Source: a virus (lineage: Duplodnaviria; Caudoviricetes). Taken from it: a DNA stretch of 64,000 bases. Numbering within the stretch: position 1 is the first letter of the stretch; every line of letters starts with the position of its first letter. The notes under the pieces are model-generated. The model did not search any database. It was not told the DNA's origin and was given only the letters and a program-made list of their open reading frames with translations. The stretch lies in the IMG/VR virus record IMGVR_UViG_3300031992_000019; one strand, 5' to 3'. Made by a program: the position numbers and the translations under genes. Shown here in pieces: positions 39,867-49,123 of this stretch.

Positions 39867-40304
39867 TTAACCCGCTGAAAGTCCTTTTGATTTCCTTTTT
39901 GCCCTATACTCTGCGCGACTTGACGATGGAAGGGAGTTTATCACCGACCTTGCTTTCTCTGCGGAGTCAATCCCCCATTTGTTTGCATCAATGTCAAGCC
40001 GCTTTCCGTTGCGGAAAATCTCATAGGCATATTTATCTACCCTTTTGACCTCATATCCGTTATGGGAGAAATTGTTGGTGTTATAATCCCTATCAATGGC
40101 AGCTTTCGTCTTGGTTATATCAAACTGGTCACCGATATTCAGGTCGAGGCCTTCTCCATAAGGTGTTTCCACACTATACTGCCTACCGCCATCGGCTGAT
40201 ATGTTGCGTATAGTGTACCCCTTGTAATTCTCACTATAAGATGATGGGGAGATATAAGCCACATCCCCATCGTCACCGCTTGTAAGTCTAATTCGTCTTG
40301 CCAT
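39867..40304 (-). CDS. cargo-bearing member with SSRAEYRA...GLSAG tail
   Basis: C-terminus shared with 40713..41579. Confidence 0.75.
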   Translation of the reverse strand: MARRIRLTSGDDGDVAYISPSSYSENYKGYTIRNISADGGRQYSVETPYGEGLDLNIGDQFDITKTKAAIDRDYNTNNFSHNGYEVKRVDKYAYEIFRNGKRLDIDANKWGIDSAEKARSVINSLPSSSRAEYRAKRKSKGLSAG

Positions 40305-40617
40305 AGTCTAATATGTTATAACCCTCTTCAACGGAAATACCCAAGTCCTCACACCCACACTCAAAACCATAGTTGGTGAATGAGTCGGCATTGAACAAAC
40401 CATTGTCGCCATTGTGGACTTTCGGAAATCCGTTCTGCGTAAGAAATATGAGAACCGATGCACAAGTTGCTTCGTCTATGCTGACAAAAGGATTGAAAAC
40501 GAATCCCTCGCCATTCTTGAACTCAAATGCTTTCTCGCCATAGATGTTGTAGATTGCTCTACCCTTGATGATGTACTCATCATTGAAACACTTGTTGTAA
40601 ATAGTCTTGATGTTCAT
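40288..40617 (-). CDS. hypothetical protein
   Basis: 109 aa after promoter 40646. Confidence 0.6.
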   Translation of the reverse strand: MNIKTIYNKCFNDEYIIKGRAIYNIYGEKAFEFKNGEGFVFNPFVSIDEATCASVLIFLTQNGFPKVHNGDNGLFNADSFTNYGFECGCEDLGISVEEGYNILDYGKTN

Positions 40618-40712
40618 AATCCAATATATTTATCGTTTGACGCTGCAAAGATATTGGATATTCGTTGGATGTTCAACGAACTATTGTGCAAGTGCCCCGA
40701 ATTTAACATCTT

Positions 40713-41579
40713 TTAACCTGCTGATAATCCTTGCGCTCTTCTGCGTGCGCGATATTCCGCTCTTGAACTTGCCTTTGGTTTGGGTGCTCTCGGTGTGTCG
40801 ATGAGTTTCTGGGCATACCGCCTATCCTCGGCTTCGCGTTCCTTGTCGGCAATGGCACTCATAACGTCCTTGAGTTCGCTTGGTCGGATTCTCAAGTCGC
40901 TATGCCGTGTCCTTGTGCGCTCCCCATCAAAATAATGCTCCGCTGGGATGGTTTTACCCCTTTCAAGTTCATCAAGCGAGATAGCTTCGTCTCCGTCAGT
41001 AGAATCACCTTGCCAATAGACATTCGCCCAGTATCTTCCCTTGTTGTCTTGATAGACACTATCTATGCGATGATTCCAGTTGAACTTCGTGTCTATACGT
41101 CCCGTGCGCTTGTCAGGTTGAGAGGACACATACCGCTTCAAGGCATCCATTCCTCCGTTTCTTAATCTCTCGGAGTTGGTGTGTTCGCTTTCGGGGACTC
41201 TGTTAGACCTACGGAGTTCCCTCGCATAGGCATCCACATCACTCACGCCAGTTCGCGTGGCTCTATCCACCTTGAAATCGTCGTTGTAGGCAAGGGGAAT
41301 GCGGTCGTACCTTCTTTCGTAGCGATTCCACTCCTCGCGCACACTCGTTACTGGCGACTTCTTTCTTGTGGTGTTGAGATAGGAATTTGCAGTTCGTCCA
41401 GCATTCCTCACCCTTCGCTCCATATCGTAGGTGTGCGGATTGTAGTCATTGGTGTCCCGATAACCGCTCTCCCTCCACTTGCGTATCTGGGAATCGGTCA
41501 TACCGCCAAGCCTACCGATGCGCTCTATCTGCCTAACGATGTCGTTGTAGGACTTTCCCCTTTGTCTTGTCTTTGCCAT
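40713..41579 (-). CDS. large MATR-family protein (ends GLSAG)
   Basis: MAKTRQRGKSYNDIVRQIERI...SSRAEYRARRRAQGLSAG. Confidence 0.85.
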   Translation of the reverse strand: MAKTRQRGKSYNDIVRQIERIGRLGGMTDSQIRKWRESGYRDTNDYNPHTYDMERRVRNAGRTANSYLNTTRKKSPVTSVREEWNRYERRYDRIPLAYNDDFKVDRATRTGVSDVDAYARELRRSNRVPESEHTNSERLRNGGMDALKRYVSSQPDKRTGRIDTKFNWNHRIDSVYQDNKGRYWANVYWQGDSTDGDEAISLDELERGKTIPAEHYFDGERTRTRHSDLRIRPSELKDVMSAIADKEREAEDRRYAQKLIDTPRAPKPKASSRAEYRARRRAQGLSAG

Positions 41580-41782
41580 AGCTTAAAATTGTCTTACCTT
41601 GCCGCTCCCACCGATGGGATAGGTCGGGGAAGGAGTATTCTTTCCCCAACTGATGCTCCTTGTGGTGGAGTCGCGCTGAATGTCCTTTAGGACGCTATTG
41701 TTGTGAGTTGATGGTTTCATGCCGCAAAGATACGCGATATTACATTCCCACAATCAATTTTCTTTCGTCAAGATGCACAATA

Positions 41783-42160
41783 TCATTTTGTGCGGAAATT
41801 CCTCACCATTTCGGCCAATCCGACACGCTTGAGGACATAAAGGAACTCATGGACATAGCGGACATGGATGCGCCAATCGTCATTGTTCTTCTCATAGACC
41901 TTGGAGTAGTACAACACCCCGCTCTCAAACCACCTGATACACGACCCACCAAATATCATCTCAACGAACGCGCCCTTGTCCGTAAACCCGTTCAACAAAA
42001 GCATTTCCCTCGTCAAAGGAATAGGCTCAAGCACCGACGCGTCATAGTTGTTCATGTTCTCGTCCGTGACCTCGTTGAAAGTGCCGTTGATACCGCACAC
42101 CACGATAGGTTTCCCCTTATAGGAGACCCTATCAAGATAACACAATTCAGTGATATTCAT
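41783..42160 (-). CDS. hypothetical protein, paralogue of 26102..26458
   Basis: LEPIPLT..LLLNGF...RYVHEF. Confidence 0.7.
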   Translation of the reverse strand: MNITELCYLDRVSYKGKPIVVCGINGTFNEVTDENMNNYDASVLEPIPLTREMLLLNGFTDKGAFVEMIFGGSCIRWFESGVLYYSKVYEKNNDDWRIHVRYVHEFLYVLKRVGLAEMVRNFRTK

Positions 42161-42779
42161 CTTCTACAAAATATTTGCAAATTATACCATTCTGCTCAAC
42201 AAAGAACTGGAAGGAGGCATTGAAATAGTTTGGTTTCGGATAGTTCTTATCCCAAGTGTTTCTGCCCATCTTTCCGTCTTGTTGGTTCTTTATATCCCTC
42301 ATCTCGGTCTTGTTGGACGCATAATGCAACCCCAATCTGTATCTGGCATAGAAAAGACACTTATTGCGGAGGTGACAATACCCGTTCACGCAGCTTATCC
42401 GCTTATCCTTAATCTTGTAGTCTTGCGGAAGGTCTATTGCCCTCACAAGTCCTTCATATTGCTGCCAGAAATACTCTAATGTTTCTTCATCATTCATTTC
42501 TCTATCATTTTTAATGCAAGAGGCTTTTGGGAGACATCGGTCATCTTCTGTATCGCCCACCACCTCAAGAAATCTCGTGAAATATCTCTCTTCACCCACC
42601 GATTCGATGAGGAATACTCAAAAATCACGTCATAGCCGTGGTTCATGCCCAGACCTTCGTTGCTTATCTCGGCATAATCCACGACCCATAGTTTACCATC
42701 GGGACAGACCTTCTTGATATACATCACCTCGAAGGAGTATCTGTTTCTCTTGAAGATACAATCCCCGACACCTATCCTT

Positions 42780-43091
42780 TTAGCCTCTTCGCGGTTCATG
42801 CTCTTCGAGATATTCTATGAGGAGTTCACCCCGTTCCTTTATGTCTTGGATGGTTTCAAGTATATCCACCGCCAAGTCCTTGTCATCCTCATCGGAGGAA
42901 CACAATAGTTCGTCAGCAAGGCTCTTGACCATCTCGGATGTCTTTATGTACGCATCCAGCAACAGGACAAGGGCATTGTGGCTTTTCAGTTTGCCGCCCT
43001 TGACCTTATCCAAGCATTGCGTCTCCATCTCGTTGTAGCCATTGAGCATAGCCTCGGAGGTGTGACGCAGTTTATATCCGCTATCCGTCAT
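42780..43091 (-). CDS. hypothetical protein
   Basis: 103 aa. Confidence 0.6.
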   Translation of the reverse strand: MTDSGYKLRHTSEAMLNGYNEMETQCLDKVKGGKLKSHNALVLLLDAYIKTSEMVKSLADELLCSSDEDDKDLAVDILETIQDIKERGELLIEYLEEHEPRRG

Positions 43092-43436
43092 ACTTTTCTT
43101 TTATAACGGACAAAAGGGCATTTTCTTTACGTGTATTGCAAGATAATCGTTTGATTTAATGTTTACGATGCAAGGATGTTCTTTCGCTCTTCGGGGGAGA
43201 GTTCTATCTTCAGCCGTTGCCCGAAGATGTCCCAGAGTTCTACCTCTTTGCCCCCGATGATGTCCATCATCCCGAAGGGAGTGTCGGCTTCTGCCTCGAA
43301 ATAGTCCTTCTCGACTATCGTCAGCAGAATCCTCTCGTTTTCGAGCCGTACCGCGTCTATTTCAGCCAAGGGTACATTTCTACCGCCCACAAGGTAAAAC
43401 CCCTCAAAAACGGCATCTATCGGCTTGTACGAGCCT

Positions 43437-43739
43437 TTAACCTTCGCGTTCATACAACTCGAAGTGGATATCGTCCACAAGGGACTTGATTCGGGACTCG
43501 TACTCTTCGTCATTCTCTTCTCGCTCGTGGGTGAGCCACACCTCGCGCAGATGGGTCATGAACTCGACTTTCCAGCCTACAAACGCACCGAAGAACGCGG
43601 AAAGGTTTCCAGCATCTTCGGGCAAATCGGACACCTCAAATTTCTTGATGTCCTCGACTCTTTCTCTCTTCACCTCTTCGGGTGTGAGACGGGCAAGGCA
43701 CTCTTGTACCTCGCCCTCTGGGTAGTTGTACTCTATCAT
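43437..43739 (-). CDS. hypothetical acidic protein
   Basis: likely start MIEYNY after hairpin 43762. Confidence 0.6.
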   Translation of the reverse strand: MIEYNYPEGEVQECLARLTPEEVKRERVEDIKKFEVSDLPEDAGNLSAFFGAFVGWKVEFMTHLREVWLTHEREENDEEYESRIKSLVDDIHFELYEREG

Positions 43740-43770
43740 ATTAAAAAGCGATATAGTTAAAGGCGGTTGG

Positions 43771-44124
43771 TTAGACCGCCATACCCTTGATTTTCTTGTT
43801 AGCTTTCTCACACTCACCGAACTCGACCTCGAAGGTGTTGCCGAAGTTGTCGGTAGCCTCGCCCGAAACAAGGTTGAACCCGATGATGTGGTTGTCGGCT
43901 ATGTCAGCACCGCCATTTGCCACAATCTCGAACTCGCCAGACTCGCCAATTACGTCTAAAATGTATTCGGGGTACTCGCCATCTATTGTGAAGCCATCTA
44001 CCTCGAAGTCATCTACCCATACCTTCTTGATGTTCTCTATGGGGACAATCTTGCCCTCGATGATGTAACTTTCTTCGCCAGTGACCTCGATGTTGCGCCA
44101 CTCATTGTTTACTAATGCCTTCAT
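43771..44124 (-). CDS. hypothetical acidic protein
   Basis: likely start MKALVN after the conserved leader. Confidence 0.65.
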   Translation of the reverse strand: MKALVNNEWRNIEVTGEESYIIEGKIVPIENIKKVWVDDFEVDGFTIDGEYPEYILDVIGESGEFEIVANGGADIADNHIIGFNLVSGEATDNFGNTFEVEFGECEKANKKIKGMAV

Positions 44125-44291
44125 ATTAAGAGGTATTACTCGGGTACGTTGCCCGCTCGGTCGCAAGACTGATTCTTTTGACACCGCAAATGTACGATAT
44201 TATATTGGATTAAGCAAGATTATTTTATAGTTTTATCCAATATATGTATAGTTTTAACCAATATTAACGCGATTTGTAATGTCCAATAGAC

Positions 44292-44328
44292 AAAAAAATA
44301 GAGATGACACCGAAATGCCACCTCTATT
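44292..44328 (-). terminator. intrinsic terminator
   Basis: aatagag...ctctatt hairpin plus T-run on minus. Confidence 0.6.
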
Positions 44329-44348
44329 GTCAAAATAAGCAATGAAAG

Positions 44349-44927
44349 TTAACCAGTTGATACTGCGCGGTAGGGTGCTGGACGACCGTTGCCGCGTCCT
44401 GTGAGTGCGGTGATTTCGTCCTCGGATGCTCCGTTTGCCCTCAATGTGGCTTCGAGCCTTGCGAGTGCTTCGGGTGAACGCTTGTCGTTGTTCAAGCCTA
44501 CCCTTACGTAATAGTCGCGCTGGCGGCGGTTGGCTTCGCTTGTCATCCTTCCGTTTTCGCCCTTGCGTGTGCCGCTCTGCCTCTTGTTGCCCTTGGAGTC
44601 GAGAACTGCCGTTCCGTCATCGTTCTTCGGGGTGAAGAGGTTGGTCTTGGCGTTCTTGGTGTCCGTTCCAATGAGCCTTCCGTTCTCATCGCGCTTGGCT
44701 ACCGCCAGTTTGCCGCCCTTTGAGGTGGTGGAGTCTGCGGTGTACCTTCCGTCCTGATAGTTCTGGTTCATTGCGCCCATAGAGGAACGTCCATCGGTAC
44801 GGGTGTGGTAAGGAGTGTTGCCGACCTTCGTCACGTTATAGTGCTTGACCTTGACACCCTTGCCCCTCAACTTCTCGTCGAGTTTCTGCCCGAGTTCTGC
44901 TGTCCTTTTCGGTTTTCGTGTTGCCAT
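44349..44927 (-). CDS. MATR-family Gly/Arg-rich protein (ends AVSTG)
   Basis: MATRKPKR..., NRRQRDYYVRVGL; adjacent to the PP-loop enzyme. Confidence 0.8.
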   Translation of the reverse strand: MATRKPKRTAELGQKLDEKLRGKGVKVKHYNVTKVGNTPYHTRTDGRSSMGAMNQNYQDGRYTADSTTSKGGKLAVAKRDENGRLIGTDTKNAKTNLFTPKNDDGTAVLDSKGNKRQSGTRKGENGRMTSEANRRQRDYYVRVGLNNDKRSPEALARLEATLRANGASEDEITALTGRGNGRPAPYRAVSTG

Positions 44928-44969
44928 ATTATTTAGTTAATTTAAGTTTCACGCTGCAAAGATAGGGGT

Positions 44970-45707
44970 TTATTCCTCTTCGCAATCATTTTCATCCGTT
45001 TCACTTTGCACTATTCTTTGTTGTGCAAGTTTCCTTCTCTCCGCTTCGTCATACTCAAAGAGAATAGTCCTCGCAAACGGAAAGACTTCGTAGATTTTCA
45101 GCAGGTCTTGGGGGTAGTTCTCCCTCAACCAGAGAAAGCAGTCCTTCGAGAATCCCACACCCGATGATGCCTTTAACGAGTACCTCACGGGTTCGGGGAT
45201 GCCCCTATTCTTCATATACAAAAGAATCTCCTTCTGCGTCCAGCTCGCCAACGGATAGACCAGACCCTTGTTGATGTAGTCGCTCTCCTTGTAGGTGTTG
45301 AGCATAAGCCTTCGGTTCATCGAGTCGGCTTTCTTCATACCCAAGAAGACATACTCCACATTATAGGTCAGCCTTATCGTCTTTATCACGTCGTCCAACT
45401 TAATCAACTTGACATTCGGGTCGGGTGCGCAGTAGAGTCCGCTCCTCAATACATAACTTAACGTCCAATGGGGGATTTCCACGAACTCTATATTCGGATA
45501 TCTCGCCTTCGTCCAGTTTATCCATCTTTGGATGTGGTCTAACCCCTTGACGAAATACATGAAGAAACACACTATCCTATTGAATTTCGGATAGCACAAG
45601 TCCAAGGTCACGAGGGAGTCCTTTCCTAACGACAGTCCTATCGCTATCGTGTCGGTCTGCTCCCTCACCTTGTCAATGACCAGATTGGCTTCTTGCAGCT
45701 TGTTCAT
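44970..45707 (-). CDS. PAPS-reductase-like / PP-loop adenine-nucleotide alpha-hydrolase
   Basis: IGLSLGKDSLV (SxGKDS), LGMKKADSMNRR, YPLASWT. Confidence 0.88.
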   Translation of the reverse strand: MNKLQEANLVIDKVREQTDTIAIGLSLGKDSLVTLDLCYPKFNRIVCFFMYFVKGLDHIQRWINWTKARYPNIEFVEIPHWTLSYVLRSGLYCAPDPNVKLIKLDDVIKTIRLTYNVEYVFLGMKKADSMNRRLMLNTYKESDYINKGLVYPLASWTQKEILLYMKNRGIPEPVRYSLKASSGVGFSKDCFLWLRENYPQDLLKIYEVFPFARTILFEYDEAERRKLAQQRIVQSETDENDCEEE

Positions 45708-45910
45708 CCCACACCCATATAAGTGGTTCGCGAATACTTCTTGTCATACGCATCCCTCCCCTTGAATGAAGGGTGCTTGATGATGTTGTCCGTGTATCGG
45801 TCTGCCGCAATGTTCGCCCTGTCCACACGTTCCTTGGTGGCGCGTGGGTGGTTCTCAATCCTCTCTGCTTGCGCGAGGATGTCGGAAAAACTTTTCTTTC
45901 GTGTTGCCAT
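45704..45910 (-). CDS. MATR-family basic protein (ends YMGVG)
   Basis: MATRKKSFSDILAQAERI; coupled between the ParB-like and PP-loop genes. Confidence 0.85.
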   Translation of the reverse strand: MATRKKSFSDILAQAERIENHPRATKERVDRANIAADRYTDNIIKHPSFKGRDAYDKKYSRTTYMGVG

Positions 45911-46731
45911 TACTCTTCGTCTTCAAATGAATCGTCAACCAGTGGTTCGCATCGCATCTCGAAGTCCTCCCCCTTGATTGTACGGCTATAAGGGTCGTAG
46001 TTGAATTTCTGGCAGAAGGCGGCTTTCGCGTTGAAGGTGGAGAAACTCAACACGAGGAAGGCATCCATATTCTGCGCGTTCTCGACGGCTTGCTCACGGA
46101 CTTGCTGCTTGACATCCTTCATGTGCTGCACCCTCTGCTCCCTCGTCATCTCCTCCTGTGCAAGTCTTTCGGCTTCCTTTGAGGCTTCGCGGATGGCGGC
46201 TCTCTCGGCTTTCTCCTGCTCATGCTGCTCGTTTACTGGAGCCATAAGGTCATCCAAGGCATTTCGCGTGTCTGACTGCCCAGCCGTCTTGTAGAGGTCT
46301 TCCAAGCCAATCATTGAAAGGTCGGCTTCGGTGAGTCCAGCATCCTTGTAGTCGATGTCGGGAACGATGGCGGCTAACTTGTCGAAGTCCCACTGCCCTT
46401 GCGCGTTGGGGTTGTTCAAGAGGATAAGGAGCGCATCCGCATCCTTCTTGTCCAAGTCCACCACATCGCAGCGAATCTTGTAGTCGGTTTCGGGTGTGCC
46501 GTCGTACTTCTGAATCTCGTCCATGATGGTGAGTCGCTGGTGTCCAGAGAGGAGCGTGTAGCCGTACCTCTTGTTTACAACGATACCTCCCACCAGACCG
46601 AACTTCTTGATGCCCCTCTTGAGCTTCTTCTTGGATTCGGGGTCGATACGTCTTGGGTTGTTCTCGCTGAATTGGATTTCGGAGCGCATCAGTTCGATGT
46701 TCTCCGAGGTGAAAAGTTCTGATAGTTGCAT
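45910..46731 (-). CDS. ParB/Srx N-terminal domain protein
   Basis: NNPRRI...LKRGIKKFGLVGGIVVN...LLSGHQRL. Confidence 0.88.
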   Translation of the reverse strand: MQLSELFTSENIELMRSEIQFSENNPRRIDPESKKKLKRGIKKFGLVGGIVVNKRYGYTLLSGHQRLTIMDEIQKYDGTPETDYKIRCDVVDLDKKDADALLILLNNPNAQGQWDFDKLAAIVPDIDYKDAGLTEADLSMIGLEDLYKTAGQSDTRNALDDLMAPVNEQHEQEKAERAAIREASKEAERLAQEEMTREQRVQHMKDVKQQVREQAVENAQNMDAFLVLSFSTFNAKAAFCQKFNYDPYSRTIKGEDFEMRCEPLVDDSFEDEE

Positions 46732-46751
46732 TGTGTTTGTGTATTTAGTGA

Positions 46752-47024
46752 TTAACCTTCGTTTCCAGCACGCGCGGAGTAAGACCGCTTGGTCTCATAA
46801 GCCTTGTTCACGGCTTGCCCAGGCATCATACCGCTCTCCACGTTACGTTTGTACTCCCTCTTGACCCTTTCCGAGTTGTTGATGTTTGAAACGTACCTTT
46901 GGGCGATGGCTTTTGCCCTCTTGAGCCACGGGTTGTTGGAGTCATAGTTCTCCACCGCGTTCTCCGCAATCCTGTTGTACTGGTCTATGATGTCCTTTGC
47001 GGACTTTCTCCTACGTGTTGCCAT
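46752..47024 (-). CDS. MATR-family basic protein (ends AGNEG)
   Basis: MATRRRKSAKDIIDQYNRI. Confidence 0.85.
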   Translation of the reverse strand: MATRRRKSAKDIIDQYNRIAENAVENYDSNNPWLKRAKAIAQRYVSNINNSERVKREYKRNVESGMMPGQAVNKAYETKRSYSARAGNEG

Positions 47025-47025
47025 A

Positions 47026-47304
47026 TTATCCTACTCCCATATAAGTTGAACGGGAATACTTCTTCGTGTTGATTTTCGCGATGTCCTCAAAGCTCGCGTT
47101 CTCGCCTTGGCTGGCTACATTCCTATAACCGCTCTGCTTGGCGATGTTTGCCGCATACCTCTTATATGCGTCCTTGATGCGCTTATCCCTCGCGTCAAGC
47201 ACCGCAGCTTGTGACGGGTCTTGCACCCACCTCCTATTTATCGCATTGCGAATCCTCAATGTCTGGTTGATGAGGTCATCCAAAGATTTCTTTCTTGTTG
47301 CCAT
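47026..47304 (-). CDS. MATR-family basic protein (ends YMGVG)
   Basis: MATRKKSLDDLINQTLRI. Confidence 0.85.
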   Translation of the reverse strand: MATRKKSLDDLINQTLRIRNAINRRWVQDPSQAAVLDARDKRIKDAYKRYAANIAKQSGYRNVASQGENASFEDIAKINTKKYSRSTYMGVG

Positions 47305-47305
47305 A

Positions 47306-47602
47306 TTATCCGTTGCTCAATGCCCTCGTTGTCGATGCGTTCTGATAACCCGTGTACTTCTTGCGATAGCCTTCTGCTGCGATAGTCCCGTAGGTCTGAC
47401 TCATAGGTAATATCGTTTTTTTGAGCAGATTCTTCTGGCTTCTCGTACCCACGATGTTCTCGCGATACTTGTCACTGATGTCGTATGCGCGGAGTGCCCT
47501 ATTATAGGCGCGTGGTGTACCAAGTTTTATTGCGAGTGCTCCAATACGCAGCCTCTGTCTGGTAATATCTTCCAGTGACTTTGCTCTTTTTCTTGTTGCC
47601 AT
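47306..47602 (-). CDS. MATR-family basic protein (ends ALSNG)
   Basis: MATRKRAKSLEDITRQRLRI. Confidence 0.85.
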   Translation of the reverse strand: MATRKRAKSLEDITRQRLRIGALAIKLGTPRAYNRALRAYDISDKYRENIVGTRSQKNLLKKTILPMSQTYGTIAAEGYRKKYTGYQNASTTRALSNG

Positions 47603-47604
47603 AA

Positions 47605-47928
47605 TTAGCCTCCGTTTTTACCCATGTAGGTGGATTGTGAATACTTGCGGTTGCGATAAGCATCATAAAACCTATCTGCATCCTCGTAGTTCTTGTTCTT
47701 ACGGGCTTCCTCATACTTAGCCATCATCTTACGGACATAAGGAGACCGCTTGATGATGTTTCGAGTATAATGAGGTTGTGTGAGTGCATTGTATTCCCTA
47801 TTACGGGTGCGATTCAATGCCTCCTCGTCATTGTTCCTCTCGTAACGACCTTGTAATTCCGCCGAAAGGTCTTCTATACGATGCCGTTGGTCAATAATGT
47901 CCTGAATGGATTTCTTTCTCGTTGCCAT
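47605..47928 (-). CDS. MATR-family basic protein (ends GKNGG)
   Basis: internal start MATRKKSIQDIIDQRHRI. Confidence 0.85.
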   Translation of the reverse strand: MATRKKSIQDIIDQRHRIEDLSAELQGRYERNNDEEALNRTRNREYNALTQPHYTRNIIKRSPYVRKMMAKYEEARKNKNYEDADRFYDAYRNRKYSQSTYMGKNGG

Positions 47929-47929
47929 A

Positions 47930-48346
47930 TTATCCTTGTGATAAACCTTGTGACTTGCGGCTTTCTCGGTATAGTTTCCGTTGTGCCGCACGATACGTGT
48001 TGTTAAGTTCACTCTCCGATGCCTCAGACTTGAACCGCCAAGTCCCGTTTGCGCCGTACTCCGTCTTGAGGTTGGTATTCAACCCTTGTCGGGTGGCTGC
48101 GTTGTTAAGCATCCTCCATAGGCGTTGACGTTCAATGTCCGCTTTCCTCTCGTTTCTCAAGGTCCGGTTGTACTCGGCTCTCGCCCCTCGCGCCCTACCC
48201 TTCTTGTTGGTGAACGCATCCCTCAAGTCCCGATGAAAAGTGTTGTTGATTCTGCGGTTTCCCGTCAAATCGCCTGCATAAAGCATATTTACAAGCCTTT
48301 CATATTGCGCTTGTTTCTCGGCTCTCGTCTTTTTTCTCGTTGCCAT
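47930..48346 (-). CDS. MATR-family basic protein (ends GLSQG)
   Basis: MATRKKTRAEKQAQYERL. Confidence 0.85.
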   Translation of the reverse strand: MATRKKTRAEKQAQYERLVNMLYAGDLTGNRRINNTFHRDLRDAFTNKKGRARGARAEYNRTLRNERKADIERQRLWRMLNNAATRQGLNTNLKTEYGANGTWRFKSEASESELNNTYRAAQRKLYRESRKSQGLSQG

Positions 48347-48352
48347 AATAGT

Positions 48353-48400
48353 TTACTTTCCGCAACCCTTGCCTTTGCCCTTACCTTTCTTCTTGCACAT
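48353..48400 (-). CDS. micro-ORF MCKKKGKGKGKGCGK
   Basis: read from sequence; fills the gap between two MATR genes. Confidence 0.5.
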   Translation of the reverse strand: MCKKKGKGKGKGCGK

Positions 48401-48404
48401 AGTT

Positions 48405-48761
48405 TTAAGTGTTTGAGTTAGACTTCGATGCTATGCCCATTCGCTGCTCACGGGTAGCCGATGCTCCCTTGTAGGCTGCGAAAGCCACGTTATCTCCATA
48501 CCCCGCTGCTCGCGCGGTGTTCCTTTCGTAGTTGTCACGCGCATTGCGCACACGCGCCATCCTTTCACCCAACTGGTTGGTTCGGGCGACTGAACGCCCA
48601 TATCCCCTCGCCTCCCAAGGGCTGCGGTAGTTTCTCCGATACTCGGCTTCTACACCCCTCTGGAAGTCCTTCCTTGCTCCCCACTCCCTATCAAGGCTGG
48701 TGAGAATCCTATTGGCTTGCTCGGTGATTTGCTGAATAGTTTTCCTTCGTCTTGTTGCCAT
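48405..48761 (-). CDS. MATR-family basic protein (ends SNSNT)
   Basis: MATRRRKTIQQITEQANRI. Confidence 0.85.
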   Translation of the reverse strand: MATRRRKTIQQITEQANRILTSLDREWGARKDFQRGVEAEYRRNYRSPWEARGYGRSVARTNQLGERMARVRNARDNYERNTARAAGYGDNVAFAAYKGASATREQRMGIASKSNSNT

Positions 48762-48762
48762 A

Positions 48763-49119
48763 TTACCCGTTACTTGCGGCTTTCGCTGCGTTAGTGTTAT
48801 AGTTCACATACTTGCGGTTGTCCATCTTGTCGTAGTACCGATAGGCTTTTTCATCCTCATCCCAATATTTTTCTTCGTTGTCATCCATAAACGCCTCGTA
48901 TTTCGCCGCTTGTGCCTTATTAACCCTTTGCAGGTCGCGCTGGAAAGTGGATGAACCAGTAATGTTGTTGTTATACTCCCTTGCTATGTTACGCGCCCTT
49001 TCCAATCTTCCTTGGTTGCGCTCCCTTTCCCTTGCATAGGGTGAAGTTGCGAGTAACTTGATTCTTGCAACTTGTCGCCTTATGTCAGCGAGGGATTTCT
49101 GCCTTTTCCGTGTTGCCAT
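48763..49119 (-). CDS. MATR-family basic protein (ends AASNG)
   Basis: MATRKRQKSLADIRRQVARI. Confidence 0.85.
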   Translation of the reverse strand: MATRKRQKSLADIRRQVARIKLLATSPYARERERNQGRLERARNIAREYNNNITGSSTFQRDLQRVNKAQAAKYEAFMDDNEEKYWDEDEKAYRYYDKMDNRKYVNYNTNAAKAASNG

Positions 49120-49123
49120 AACT

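Noticed and set aside
41583-41720. 45-aa ORF upstream of the large MATR gene
   Set aside because: ATG lies only 4 nt from the -7 promoter element and it lacks family motifs; not supportable.
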